In this document: positions 7,911 through 14,665 of the stretch, one piece after another
Numbering within the stretch: position 1 is the first letter of the stretch
Layout: every line of letters begins with the position of its first letter
From: an uncultured virus (IMG/VR IMGVR_UViG_3300032675_000012)
Taxonomy: Duplodnaviria; Heunggongvirae; Uroviricota; Caudoviricetes
IMG/VR virus record: IMGVR_UViG_3300032675_000012
Reading direction: 5' to 3' (one strand)
DNA: 20,000 nucleotides
Program-made: the position numbers and the translations under genes
The notes under the pieces: model-generated
Told to the model about the DNA's origin: nothing
Databases searched by the model: none
What the model saw: only the letters and a program-made list of their open reading frames with translations

Positions 7911-8099
7911 TTAAATATGATCCCATAATCTTGAATACTTTCGTTCATTAATAATTTCAAAATTTTTTAGATTTCCATCATTATCTAATAATACGTTAAC
8001 TCCGTAATAAACCCTCATAAACTGTTCATAACTACCAACGTCATCAAGAAACTTTGATTACCATTCCTTCCAAGTATTAAATACAATTTGTTCGTTCAT
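7911..8099 (-). pseudogene. 62-codon gene with premature TAA at codon 14
   Basis: MNEQIVFNTWKEW*SKFLDD...RLWDHI*; GGAG RBS; fills the gap exactly. Confidence 0.65.
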
Positions 8100-8100
8100 G

Positions 8101-8298
8101 TTATTCTCCATCCTTATCAAAACATCTGCATTGAAAATCAATATCACCGATAGGAGTTCCGTTGTCTTCATAAGATTCTGGCTTAGAATAAAATTCTATT
8201 ACATTCACATCAAAATCAACTTGCTCAAGTGATATCTCAACATCATACTTGCCTAGTAATGCTTTTAATTCTTCTTGAAATTGGTCTTGTCTAGTCAT
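8101..8298 (-). CDS. Hypothetical protein
   Basis: ORF track; after cassette. Confidence 0.8.
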   Translation of the reverse strand: MTRQDQFQEELKALLGKYDVEISLEQVDFDVNVIEFYSKPESYEDNGTPIGDIDFQCRCFDKDGE

Positions 8299-8332
8299 TT
8301 CAAATCTCTCTCTTTATTAATTAGTATGACTT

Positions 8333-8361
8333 ATTATAATAAATCTAACGAAAGATGTCAA
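8333..8361 (-). promoter_or_regulatory. sigma70-type promoter cassette
   Basis: TTGACA-17-TATAAT. Confidence 0.85.
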
Positions 8362-8367
8362 GCACTT

Positions 8368-8547
8368 TTAATCTATTCCAAAAGCAATTTCAGCAAATTT
8401 GATATACTTATCTTGAATATCAGCAATACTTTGCCATGCAGATTCACACCATTCAATATCCCAACCTTATTCGGTATGTTCATATTCAAACATTTTATAA
8501 GCGACTTCTCTTTTTTTGTGTTCATTAATATTTTTAGTCATTTTCAT
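8368..8547 (-). pseudogene. 59-codon gene with premature TAA at codon 27
   Basis: MKMTKNINEHKKREVAYKMFEYEHTE*GWDIEWCESAW...FGID*; GAGAG RBS. Confidence 0.65.
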
Positions 8548-8553
8548 CTCTCT

Positions 8554-8733
8554 TTACGCTGTTAAGACATCATACGGAACTGAAGATAAATCGACATTAA
8601 CTTCGACAGCACCTTCGCCTTCAAGGAAAAGATACCATCCTTCCGGATGAACTTCATCTTCACCAGCAAACATTATTCCACCAGTGTGGTAAGAAACTGA
8701 ACAGCCTTTTAAATCTTCTAATTTTATCAACAT
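8554..8733 (-). CDS. 59-aa hypothetical protein
   Basis: MLIKLEDLKGCSVSYHTGG...; GGAGAG RBS. Confidence 0.75.
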   Translation of the reverse strand: MLIKLEDLKGCSVSYHTGGIMFAGEDEVHPEGWYLFLEGEGAVEVNVDLSSVPYDVLTA

Positions 8734-8758
8734 TTTATTCTCTCCGGAATGGTATATT

Positions 8759-9010
8759 TTAATACAAAAAAACTTTATTTGAGATTAATTTATCTCGATA
8801 CGATACAATAACATGTTCTTTTATGTTATCCGATTCGGGGACAACAAGATACTGCATTTTCTCTAATCCATATTCCCAGAAGACAGTATCGAGCAACATG
8901 TTCCAAGTTTTTTCTGAGATACCACCAAATTTGCTTTTTCGTAATTTTATTTCTTTGCCTGTCATCATCTTGTCTAAGATAACCTTTGCCGTTGAATATT
9001 TCATTTTCAT
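8759..9010 (-). CDS. Hypothetical protein
   Basis: ORF track; after cassette. Confidence 0.8.
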   Translation of the reverse strand: MKMKYSTAKVILDKMMTGKEIKLRKSKFGGISEKTWNMLLDTVFWEYGLEKMQYLVVPESDNIKEHVIVSYRDKLISNKVFLY

Positions 9011-9035
9011 CTCTCTTTATTAATTAGTATGATTT

Positions 9036-9064
9036 ATTATATCTAATCTAATGGAAAGAATCAA
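9036..9064 (-). promoter_or_regulatory. sigma70-type promoter cassette
   Basis: TTGATT-17-TATAAT. Confidence 0.85.
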
Positions 9065-9079
9065 GCACTTTGCTGTACT

Positions 9080-9298
9080 TTAAAACCTTGGTTTCCCATC
9101 AAGAAGTTCTTTTATTTCTTTTGATACAATTTCGTATCCATAACCAACGTTCTGATCGAATTCACTTCCTTGATACCTTGATTGTATTCTAAGATCAAGT
9201 TCGGTAAGATATTGTTCTATCAATTTCACTTTAGTATAATCATTCATCTTAATACCCATCCCCATATACTTGTTATAAACCTCATAAACTTTAATCAT
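9080..9298 (-). CDS. Hypothetical protein
   Basis: ORF track; after cassette. Confidence 0.75.
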   Translation of the reverse strand: MIKVYEVYNKYMGMGIKMNDYTKVKLIEQYLTELDLRIQSRYQGSEFDQNVGYGYEIVSKEIKELLDGKPRF

Positions 9299-9330
9299 TG
9301 CTTATCTCTCTTAATTTCAAAGTATGATTA

Positions 9331-9359
9331 ATTATACCTTAACGAATAGAAAGAATCAA
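9331..9359 (-). promoter_or_regulatory. sigma70-type promoter cassette
   Basis: TTGATT-17-TATAAT. Confidence 0.85.
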
Positions 9360-9398
9360 GCACTTTGTTGAAAGTTTTTTGAAAAGAAAGGACGCGGG

Positions 9399-9426
9399 AA
9401 AAAAAGACCGGATGTTTATTCCGGTC
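9399..9426 (-). terminator. Rho-independent terminator
   Basis: Minus strand GACCGGA-7 nt-TCCGGTC followed by T7. Confidence 0.85.
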
Positions 9427-9850
9427 AGATATCACATCAGGAGAGATGTTAGGATTGAACGATAAACTAGTGGAGAGAGGTCACTGTTAGTTGTTTATCA
9501 TTCAGTAAAGGAATAGGTTATTTGTTAAATTTCCCGTCTGCAAGAGGAAATTATTGCTTCTACAACCAAACACCCTAAAAAGCCTTACATGGCTTCCGGA
9601 AAAAAAACGGAGGTAAATCATCAACAAGGAGAGAGTCTTTTTAATGATTTACCAGAGGGGATGTAAACATCCCAATATGAGTCAAATTAGACTCAAAACG
9701 AGACCACTGCACCTCGTGAGAGAGAACAAGATACAATGGCTCAGGTTTTGCAAGAAAACATCTGGAGAGAGTCAGGTGTCCTCTTGCTATAAAAACTGGA
9801 GCAAATATCATAAGGAGAGAGACTTAATCAATAGCTCAACAGTTAATTAT
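9399..9850 (-). ncRNA. Putative ~450-nt structured RNA with six CUCUC(UC)-loop hairpins
   Basis: No credible ORF; at least 10 hairpins, six with the same pyrimidine loop; G-U pairs and terminator favour the minus strand. Confidence 0.7.
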
Positions 9851-9854
9851 TCAG

Positions 9855-10814
9855 TTACTTTAGCATAACAGTTTTTGCTAATTTTTTCCAATCATTTCTA
9901 TTCATGGTATAAAGAACAGCCAATTTTTCAACAGCCCTTAGAGATAATTCTTTCATTTTATCAGAATTTTCCTCAATAAAGTTAATCAATATTTGATCTT
10001 CTTCAGGAGAAATGCCTTTATCCCTAAGCATACCTTTATTAACTGTTTGTTTAATTTTCGTAATAAATTCCCGTTTGGTTTTAATTTTCATGTCCAACAC
10101 TAGAGAACGTGATTCAAGAGCCGAAAGGTGAGGAGCATATTTTGTGTTACCATTCGCCATTTCAGAGAAATTAAGGTTAGTCAAGAAAATAATATTGCCT
10201 TCATATTGAAAGTATCTAGGAATTTGTTCACCAAAGTCATCAAAGAATTCTTTCTCAGAACCCCAACCAATTGTTCTAGATGGTTTTAATTCTAATGCAG
10301 CTTTTAATAAATTCAAAGCAACTTCATCACCAAAGATGGCATCAGAATCATCAATAACAATTGTTTGACCAAGTAATTTATTTTCCCATAAGAGACGGAA
10401 AAGACCAGTGGCTTTAAGAAAACCTCTATGAAAGATATAACCAAACTCCGAACCATTATTGATTTGGTTTAAGATTTTATTTACTTCATACGACTTACCT
10501 AATCCTGGAGCACCAGAACAAATAAGACTGTTCACTTTATTTGCCGCCACTGCTTCTACAAGTGTATCAAGGGTTGTATAGGTATCTTCAATCCTTTGAT
10601 TAAGGTCTGCATCTGATTCTTCAATCATAGGAGAATCAATTTCCAGATCAACAGAAAATTTAAACACACCACGTTTCAGGGCATTTTGTTGATTACAGAT
10701 GTGATTAGGATAGGTTGTTTGGTATTTAGAGACAACATCATTAATTTGTCGTCTAGTGATATAACCAAGTTCAGCAACTTCAGGAAACATTTCAACAGCA
10801 TTCAATTCAAACAT
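9855..10814 (-). CDS. AAA-family P-loop ATPase with small N-terminal domain
   Basis: Walker A GAPGLGKS, Walker B IVIDDSD, FLTN, LESR; start MFEL after GAGAGAGA. Confidence 0.9.
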   Translation of the reverse strand: MFELNAVEMFPEVAELGYITRRQINDVVSKYQTTYPNHICNQQNALKRGVFKFSVDLEIDSPMIEESDADLNQRIEDTYTTLDTLVEAVAANKVNSLICSGAPGLGKSYEVNKILNQINNGSEFGYIFHRGFLKATGLFRLLWENKLLGQTIVIDDSDAIFGDEVALNLLKAALELKPSRTIGWGSEKEFFDDFGEQIPRYFQYEGNIIFLTNLNFSEMANGNTKYAPHLSALESRSLVLDMKIKTKREFITKIKQTVNKGMLRDKGISPEEDQILINFIEENSDKMKELSLRAVEKLAVLYTMNRNDWKKLAKTVMLK

Positions 10815-10845
10815 AAATTCTCTCTCTATCAATTTAGTATATCTT

Positions 10846-10874
10846 ATTATAATATTATTGGTTTAAAGTGTCAA
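10846..10874 (-). promoter_or_regulatory. sigma70-type promoter cassette
   Basis: TTGACA-17-TATAAT, preceded by AAGTGCAACAAAGTGC. Confidence 0.9.
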
Positions 10875-10889
10875 GCACTTTGTTGCACT

Positions 10890-11072
10890 TTATGCGAGTT
10901 TTTCTACTGAAAGAATATCAACATTACCTAATCTGAATAATGCAATCTCTTTTGCTTCTTCAGCAGTAAATGCCTTAACATAATCATATTTTACTTCAAT
11001 TTCTTTTTTAAAGAAGTAATCATATGCTTCATATACAACTTCAAACTCTTTTAGTTTAGACCAATCGATCAT
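10890..11072 (-). CDS. Hypothetical protein
   Basis: ORF track; GGAGAG RBS. Confidence 0.8.
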   Translation of the reverse strand: MIDWSKLKEFEVVYEAYDYFFKKEIEVKYDYVKAFTAEEAKEIALFRLGNVDILSVEKLA

Positions 11073-11073
11073 C

Positions 11074-11193
11074 TTACTCTCCCAAACCCAAATAATAATT
11101 AGTTAAGATTTGTTTCAATTTGTATTGGATGTAATAAACTACACCGAAACCAACAAAGATTATTCCTAAAGACACATAACTAGCTATACTCAT
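11074..11193 (-). CDS. 39-aa predicted membrane peptide
   Basis: MSIASYVSLGIIFVGFGVVYYIQ...; after cassette. Confidence 0.7.
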   Translation of the reverse strand: MSIASYVSLGIIFVGFGVVYYIQYKLKQILTNYYLGLGE

Positions 11194-11226
11194 TTTAATT
11201 CTCTCTCTATCAATTTAGTATAAGTT

Positions 11227-11255
11227 ATTATACCTTAACGAATAGAAAGAATCAA
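11227..11255 (-). promoter_or_regulatory. sigma70-type promoter cassette
   Basis: TTGATT-17-TATAAT. Confidence 0.85.
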
Positions 11256-11276
11256 GCACTTTGTTGCTCTTTTATT

Positions 11277-11352
11277 TGGAGCCACTGAGAGAACTCGAAT
11301 CCCCAACCTTCTGATTACAAATCAGACGCACTACCAATTGTGCTACAGTGGC
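11277..11352 (-). tRNA. tRNA-Thr(UGU)
   Basis: GCCACTG/CAGTGGC acceptor, TCTGA-TTTGTAA-TCAGA anticodon arm, TTCGAGT T-loop, encoded CCA. Confidence 0.93.
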
Positions 11353-11355
11353 AAA

Positions 11356-11519
11356 TTAAATAAGTTATTGTTCTCAATCGAAGTCGAACCGATGTTTCTC
11401 AACTAGAGTGTCCTAGCCCAAACTAGACGACAGAAATAAATCTCCGATGGGATTTGAACCCATGTTTCTCAATTAGAGCGTCCTAAGCCTCTAGACGATA
11501 AGAGGAATAACTTATTTAA
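11356..11519 (-). ncRNA. Double tRNA-like RNA without anticodon loops
   Basis: 14-bp perfect terminal stem, two tRNA-Glu-like D arms, two T arms, own promoter with no RBS. Confidence 0.75.
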
Positions 11520-11522
11520 ATT

Positions 11523-11551
11523 ATTATACTTTAATCAGATGTATTTGTTAA
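11523..11551 (-). promoter_or_regulatory. Promoter for the double tRNA-like RNA and tRNA-Thr
   Basis: TTAACA-17-TATAAT; predicted +1 falls at the start of the terminal stem. Confidence 0.7.
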
Positions 11552-11730
11552 CCACTTTTTTACATCTTTTATAAACTTTTTTCGATTCGAACACTTTCGG
11601 TTTGTTATATTTCCAAGCATGTCAAGATGTTAATTGAATCATAAAACAGGCTTTAACAGCATCAAGGTCTGTTTTGTGAGTCTTTTTCTTTAAAAACGTC
11701 AAAGTTCTCTCTTTGGGTATTGCTGTTTAA

Positions 11731-11892
11731 TTATACAACTTCTCTTTCTATATAATAGAATTCAGACTCATACCTTCACTGTGAAAAAGTATATGCGGTC
11801 TGCTCATCTTCAAAAGTACCTGCGATTTTTGGTTCTTCCATGTAAGAATCATCATAATACATTACATTATAAACATATTTCTCTTTATTCAT
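11731..11892 (-). pseudogene. 53-codon gene with internal TGA at codon 39, or a 38-aa truncated CDS
   Basis: MNKEKYVYNV...TFSQ*RYESEFYYIEREVV*. Confidence 0.55.
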
Positions 11893-11927
11893 ATTATATA
11901 ATTCTCTCTATCAATTAAGTATAAGTT

Positions 11928-11956
11928 ATTATATATAAGATAGAGAGAAATATCAA
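11928..11956 (-). promoter_or_regulatory. sigma70-type promoter cassette
   Basis: TTGATA-17-TATAAT; same core as 13121-13149. Confidence 0.85.
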
Positions 11957-11971
11957 GCACTTTGTTTAAAA

Positions 11972-12071
11972 AAATTAGAGAGCAAATTTGAGGACTCTTA
12001 CCCCATCTTTTAATCCAAGCCTAAACACCAACTTGGAGATGCTTTCTAATGGTTGATCAGACCAACATTTG
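11972..12071 (-). ncRNA. ~100-nt structured element, copy A, directly 3' of tRNA-Met
   Basis: Ends identical to 12147-12247; covarying central hairpin; T-loop-like hairpin. Confidence 0.65.
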
Positions 12072-12144
12072 GTAGCAGGAGTTGGATTTGAACCAACGAT
12101 CTTTGGCTTATGAGACCAACGAGATACCACTTCTCCATCCTGCG
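12070..12144 (-). tRNA. tRNA-Met(CAU), initiator-like
   Basis: C1.U72 mismatch, A11-U24, TTGGT-CTCATAA-GCCAA anticodon arm, TTCAAAT T-loop, CCA. Confidence 0.92.
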
Positions 12145-12146
12145 AT

Positions 12147-12247
12147 AAATTAGAGAGCAAATTTGAGGACTCTTACCCCATCTTTTACCTAGACAATTAA
12201 CCCCAAATCTAGTAATGTTTTCTAATGGTTGATCAGACCAACATTTG
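12147..12247 (-). ncRNA. ~100-nt structured element, copy B, directly 3' of pseudo-tRNA-Gln
   Basis: 41-nt and 29-nt ends identical to copy A. Confidence 0.65.
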
Positions 12248-12320
12248 AAGTTCCTACAGGATTCGAACCCATAATACCACAGTCAAAGTGTAGTATGTGT
12301 ATATTATACTATCGGTATTA
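12245..12320 (-). pseudogene. Pseudo-tRNA-Gln(UUG)
   Basis: Anticodon arm CTACA-CTTTGAC-TGTGG and GGTTCGAATCC T arm intact; acceptor stem does not pair. Confidence 0.7.
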
Positions 12321-12327
12321 CCAAATA

Positions 12328-12582
12328 TCAACCATTGATTAAACTATTTTCAACAAGTTTAACATCTTTATGCATCACGTAAAATGAATCTGGAAATTCA
12401 CTAAACGAAATCGCATAAACTTTTGACACACTTTTTTCTTCATTTTTTATCAACACATCATAATTGTCAACTCTAACATTGGCAATGGTATCGATAATCG
12501 GTTCAAAACCACCAAAATCATATTCAACTTCTAAACCTTTAACACTGTTAATATCTTGTTTCATCATTTCTAATACAGTCAT
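12328..12582 (-). CDS. Hypothetical protein
   Basis: ORF track; after cassette. Confidence 0.8.
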   Translation of the reverse strand: MTVLEMMKQDINSVKGLEVEYDFGGFEPIIDTIANVRVDNYDVLIKNEEKSVSKVYAISFSEFPDSFYVMHKDVKLVENSLING

Positions 12583-12614
12583 TTTAATTCTCTCTCAATT
12601 TCAAAGTATAAGTT

Positions 12615-12643
12615 ATTATACCTTAACGATTAGAAAGAATCAA
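12615..12643 (-). promoter_or_regulatory. sigma70-type promoter cassette
   Basis: TTGATT-17-TATAAT. Confidence 0.85.
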
Positions 12644-12664
12644 GCACTTTGTTGCAGTTTTATT

Positions 12665-12739
12665 TGGAGCCACTCCACAGAATCAAACTGCGATCTAGAG
12701 ATTACAAATCAGACGCACTACCAATTGTGCTACAGTGGC
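12665..12739 (-). tRNA. Chimeric, probably defective tRNA-Thr(UGU)
   Basis: 5' half identical to 11277-11352; 3' half different, giving anticodon-stem mismatches and G7.G66; CCA present. Confidence 0.75.
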
Positions 12740-12742
12740 AAA

Positions 12743-12903
12743 TTAAATTATAAAGACTGTAGGAATTGAACCTAACATAGAGACAGACCAAGCCACAACC
12801 AATGGTTATTTTTAAGTAGGAGAATTGAACTCCTTCGCAGGTCCTAGGGCTCCACTTTAACCAAAATAATCCTAAAAATAAAACATCAATCTTTATAATT
12901 TAA
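12743..12903 (-). ncRNA. Structured RNA with two T arms in nested stems
   Basis: 14-bp perfect terminal stem, inner 11-bp stem, two GTTCAATTC T arms; same position before tRNA-Thr as 11356-11519. Confidence 0.6.
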
Positions 12904-12973
12904 ATTGCCCTCTTCGACTATGTATCCATAATCCTATCGACTTTAGGCTTTGCCGTTTTCCTAATTTTGGATG

Positions 12974-13087
12974 TTAATTTCCTATTAAAGAAACTAATAT
13001 AACAGTCACAATAAATAACTGCCCGATTATATTCATTGGTAAAGTTACAACAAATTCTTTTGGCTGCCTTACTTTATAATCTTTCAT
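12974..13087 (-). CDS. 37-aa peptide with C-terminal hydrophobic segment
   Basis: MKDYKVRQPK...LFIVTVILVSLIGN*; after cassette. Confidence 0.7.
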   Translation of the reverse strand: MKDYKVRQPKEFVVTLPMNIIGQLFIVTVILVSLIGN

Positions 13088-13120
13088 TTTATTTCTCTCT
13101 CTATCAATTAAGTATAAGTT

Positions 13121-13149
13121 ATTATATATAAGATAGAGAGAAATATCAA
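13121..13149 (-). promoter_or_regulatory. sigma70-type promoter cassette
   Basis: TTGATA-17-TATAAT. Confidence 0.85.
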
Positions 13150-13177
13150 GCACTTCTGTATTTAATATAAAGATAAT

Positions 13178-13648
13178 TTATGCTGCTTCTTCCTCTTCGT
13201 AAAGTGCCATATTTTCAGAGATGGCAAAACAATCATCAATTTCTTTGGGGATATTTTCTTCCACCCAATTAGAATCACCTTGGATACTGTATTCATCTTC
13301 CTCACCATCCTTGAATGCCCCACAGAAGCCAATACCGCCTTCGTAATAAAAAGCTGTAACAGTAAACCCAAGTTCCTCAAGTTTTTGGTATCCTTCTATT
13401 GGAGGGCTCCAAGCTGAATCAAAATACACCCCGACTGAAGTATCTGTTTGTTCATAAATATATGCTTCTACAACGTCCCATTTGGTTCCCCAATTTTCCA
13501 CTACGAAGCCATATTCCGATTCACAATCAGCTGGGATAGGTATAAATTCACGAAGGAAACTATCGTTCTCCAAGGCTGCCACAGCTCTTTGGATCATAAT
13601 TGGATCATCATGTTCTAAACGTAAATCATTTGAGCACCAATTAGGCAT
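13178..13648 (-). CDS. DUF1281 / YubB ferredoxin-like domain protein
   Basis: MPNWCSN, ENWGTKWD, FDSAWSPP and YYEGG..FCG motifs. Confidence 0.85.
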   Translation of the reverse strand: MPNWCSNDLRLEHDDPIMIQRAVAALENDSFLREFIPIPADCESEYGFVVENWGTKWDVVEAYIYEQTDTSVGVYFDSAWSPPIEGYQKLEELGFTVTAFYYEGGIGFCGAFKDGEEDEYSIQGDSNWVEENIPKEIDDCFAISENMALYEEEEAA

Positions 13649-13649
13649 C

Positions 13650-13760
13650 TTATTCTCCTTTCAATTTAGATTCAACAAAGTCAACCACATCAACAACTGT
13701 TAAGGTAAATAACCAGAACAAACAACCTAAAACTACGAAGTATTGGATAAATTCTAACAT
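13650..13760 (-). CDS. 36-aa predicted membrane peptide
   Basis: MLEFIQYFVVLGCLFWLFTLTVV...; after cassette. Confidence 0.7.
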   Translation of the reverse strand: MLEFIQYFVVLGCLFWLFTLTVVDVVDFVESKLKGE

Positions 13761-13789
13761 TTTATTTCTCTCTCAATTAAGTATAAGTT

Positions 13790-13818
13790 ATTATAATCTA
13801 AGTGCTTAGAAGAATCAA
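13790..13818 (-). promoter_or_regulatory. sigma70-type promoter cassette
   Basis: TTGATT-17-TATAAT. Confidence 0.85.
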
Positions 13819-13823
13819 GCACT

Positions 13824-14024
13824 TTAAGCAAATATTTCTTTACTAAGAATTTCTTCTTCTACAGTTTTGTGACAAGCATTTAACATCAACAATGCTACTT
13901 GGGTCGCAATACATCTTTCTTGTCCAGAAAGTGTCTTGGTATATTCAAGAACTTCATCGATGCTTTGGGTTGAGAATAAATCAAATTTTGGAATTGGATT
14001 TGGAACAGGTCTATTATCAATCAT
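13824..14024 (-). CDS. Hypothetical protein
   Basis: ORF track; after cassette. Confidence 0.8.
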   Translation of the reverse strand: MIDNRPVPNPIPKFDLFSTQSIDEVLEYTKTLSGQERCIATQVALLMLNACHKTVEEEILSKEIFA

Positions 14025-14056
14025 TTTTTTCTCTCTCTATCAATTAAGTATAAGTT

Positions 14057-14085
14057 ATTATAACCGATACAGATTTAAAGATCAA
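14057..14085 (-). promoter_or_regulatory. sigma70-type promoter cassette
   Basis: TTGATC-17-TATAAT. Confidence 0.85.
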
Positions 14086-14324
14086 GCACTTTCAATAATA
14101 TCTAATTGGATATTAACACCATCATATCTACCACCGATACCTAGGATCGTTTCAGTACGATTTTTGTATTCTAAACCAATCAATAAATTGTTTACATTTA
14201 TGTTAAATTTACCATTCTGGCCTGTACCCTCGCGGATTTGTTTGACAGTGGTGTAAAATGATCCACCGATATCAGCCAATACGATTTTCACTTTAGTGCT
14301 AGGTTTAAATTTAAATTCTTTCAT
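14082..14324 (-). CDS. Hypothetical protein
   Basis: ORF track; stop codon lies in the -35 of the next cassette. Confidence 0.8.
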   Translation of the reverse strand: MKEFKFKPSTKVKIVLADIGGSFYTTVKQIREGTGQNGKFNINVNNLLIGLEYKNRTETILGIGGRYDGVNIQLDIIESA

Positions 14325-14357
14325 TACGATTCTCTCTCTATCAATTAAGTATAAGTT

Positions 14358-14386
14358 ATTATAACCGATATAGATTTAAAAATCAA
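14358..14386 (-). promoter_or_regulatory. sigma70-type promoter cassette
   Basis: TTGATT-17-TATAAT. Confidence 0.85.
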
Positions 14387-14398
14387 GCACTTTAAGAA

Positions 14399-14608
14399 TT
14401 ATTTTGTTGAATAATGAACAGGTCTTTCGTATGATCCTGTTGATGATCTATACACACTTACATATCTAAAGTCTTCAGCAATAAAGCTCTCGGTTTGATC
14501 ACGGTCTATGTTCAACCCTAATGGCCAAACCTCAACCAATCCTTCTGATTCTAATGCATCATTAAGGGTCGGGAACCAATTATTTTTTACTTCATATCTT
14601 CTTTTCAT
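14399..14608 (-). CDS. Conserved phage hypothetical protein (SVYR...G.YERPVHY)
   Basis: ORF track; GGAGAGG RBS before MKRR. Confidence 0.8.
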   Translation of the reverse strand: MKRRYEVKNNWFPTLNDALESEGLVEVWPLGLNIDRDQTESFIAEDFRYVSVYRSSTGSYERPVHYSTK

Positions 14609-14636
14609 CTTTCCTCTCCAATTCAAATTATAAGTT

Positions 14637-14665
14637 ATTATAAATTAATAGGAAAATAATGTCAA
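14637..14665 (-). promoter_or_regulatory. sigma70-type promoter cassette
   Basis: TTGACA-17-TATAAT. Confidence 0.85.

Noticed and set aside
9644..9868. 74-aa plus-strand ORF
   Set aside because: Runs against local transcription and across long hairpins; a GGAGAG precedes the ATG but is one of the repeated loop motifs; not fully excluded
11398..11478. Archaeal bulge-helix-bulge tRNA intron
   Set aside because: Bulges are 1 nt rather than 3 nt, and the context is a bacterial sigma70 phage
4239..11778. Stop-codon reassignment or suppressor tRNA explaining the internal stops
   Set aside because: All three stops end normal genes; no tRNA with a UUA, UCA or CUA anticodon arm was found, and the CTCTA in the tRNA-like units lacks a 5-bp stem
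11975..12160. 61-aa minus-strand ORF
   Set aside because: Overlaps tRNA-Met and the structured repeat
12905..12975. GGCAAAGCC plus a GAUA-capped hairpin resembling a c-di-GMP-I riboswitch
   Set aside because: The upstream GNRA hairpin and full junction could not be matched by eye; needs Infernal
13162..13380. 72-aa alternative-frame ORF
   Set aside because: Nested in the DUF1281-like gene
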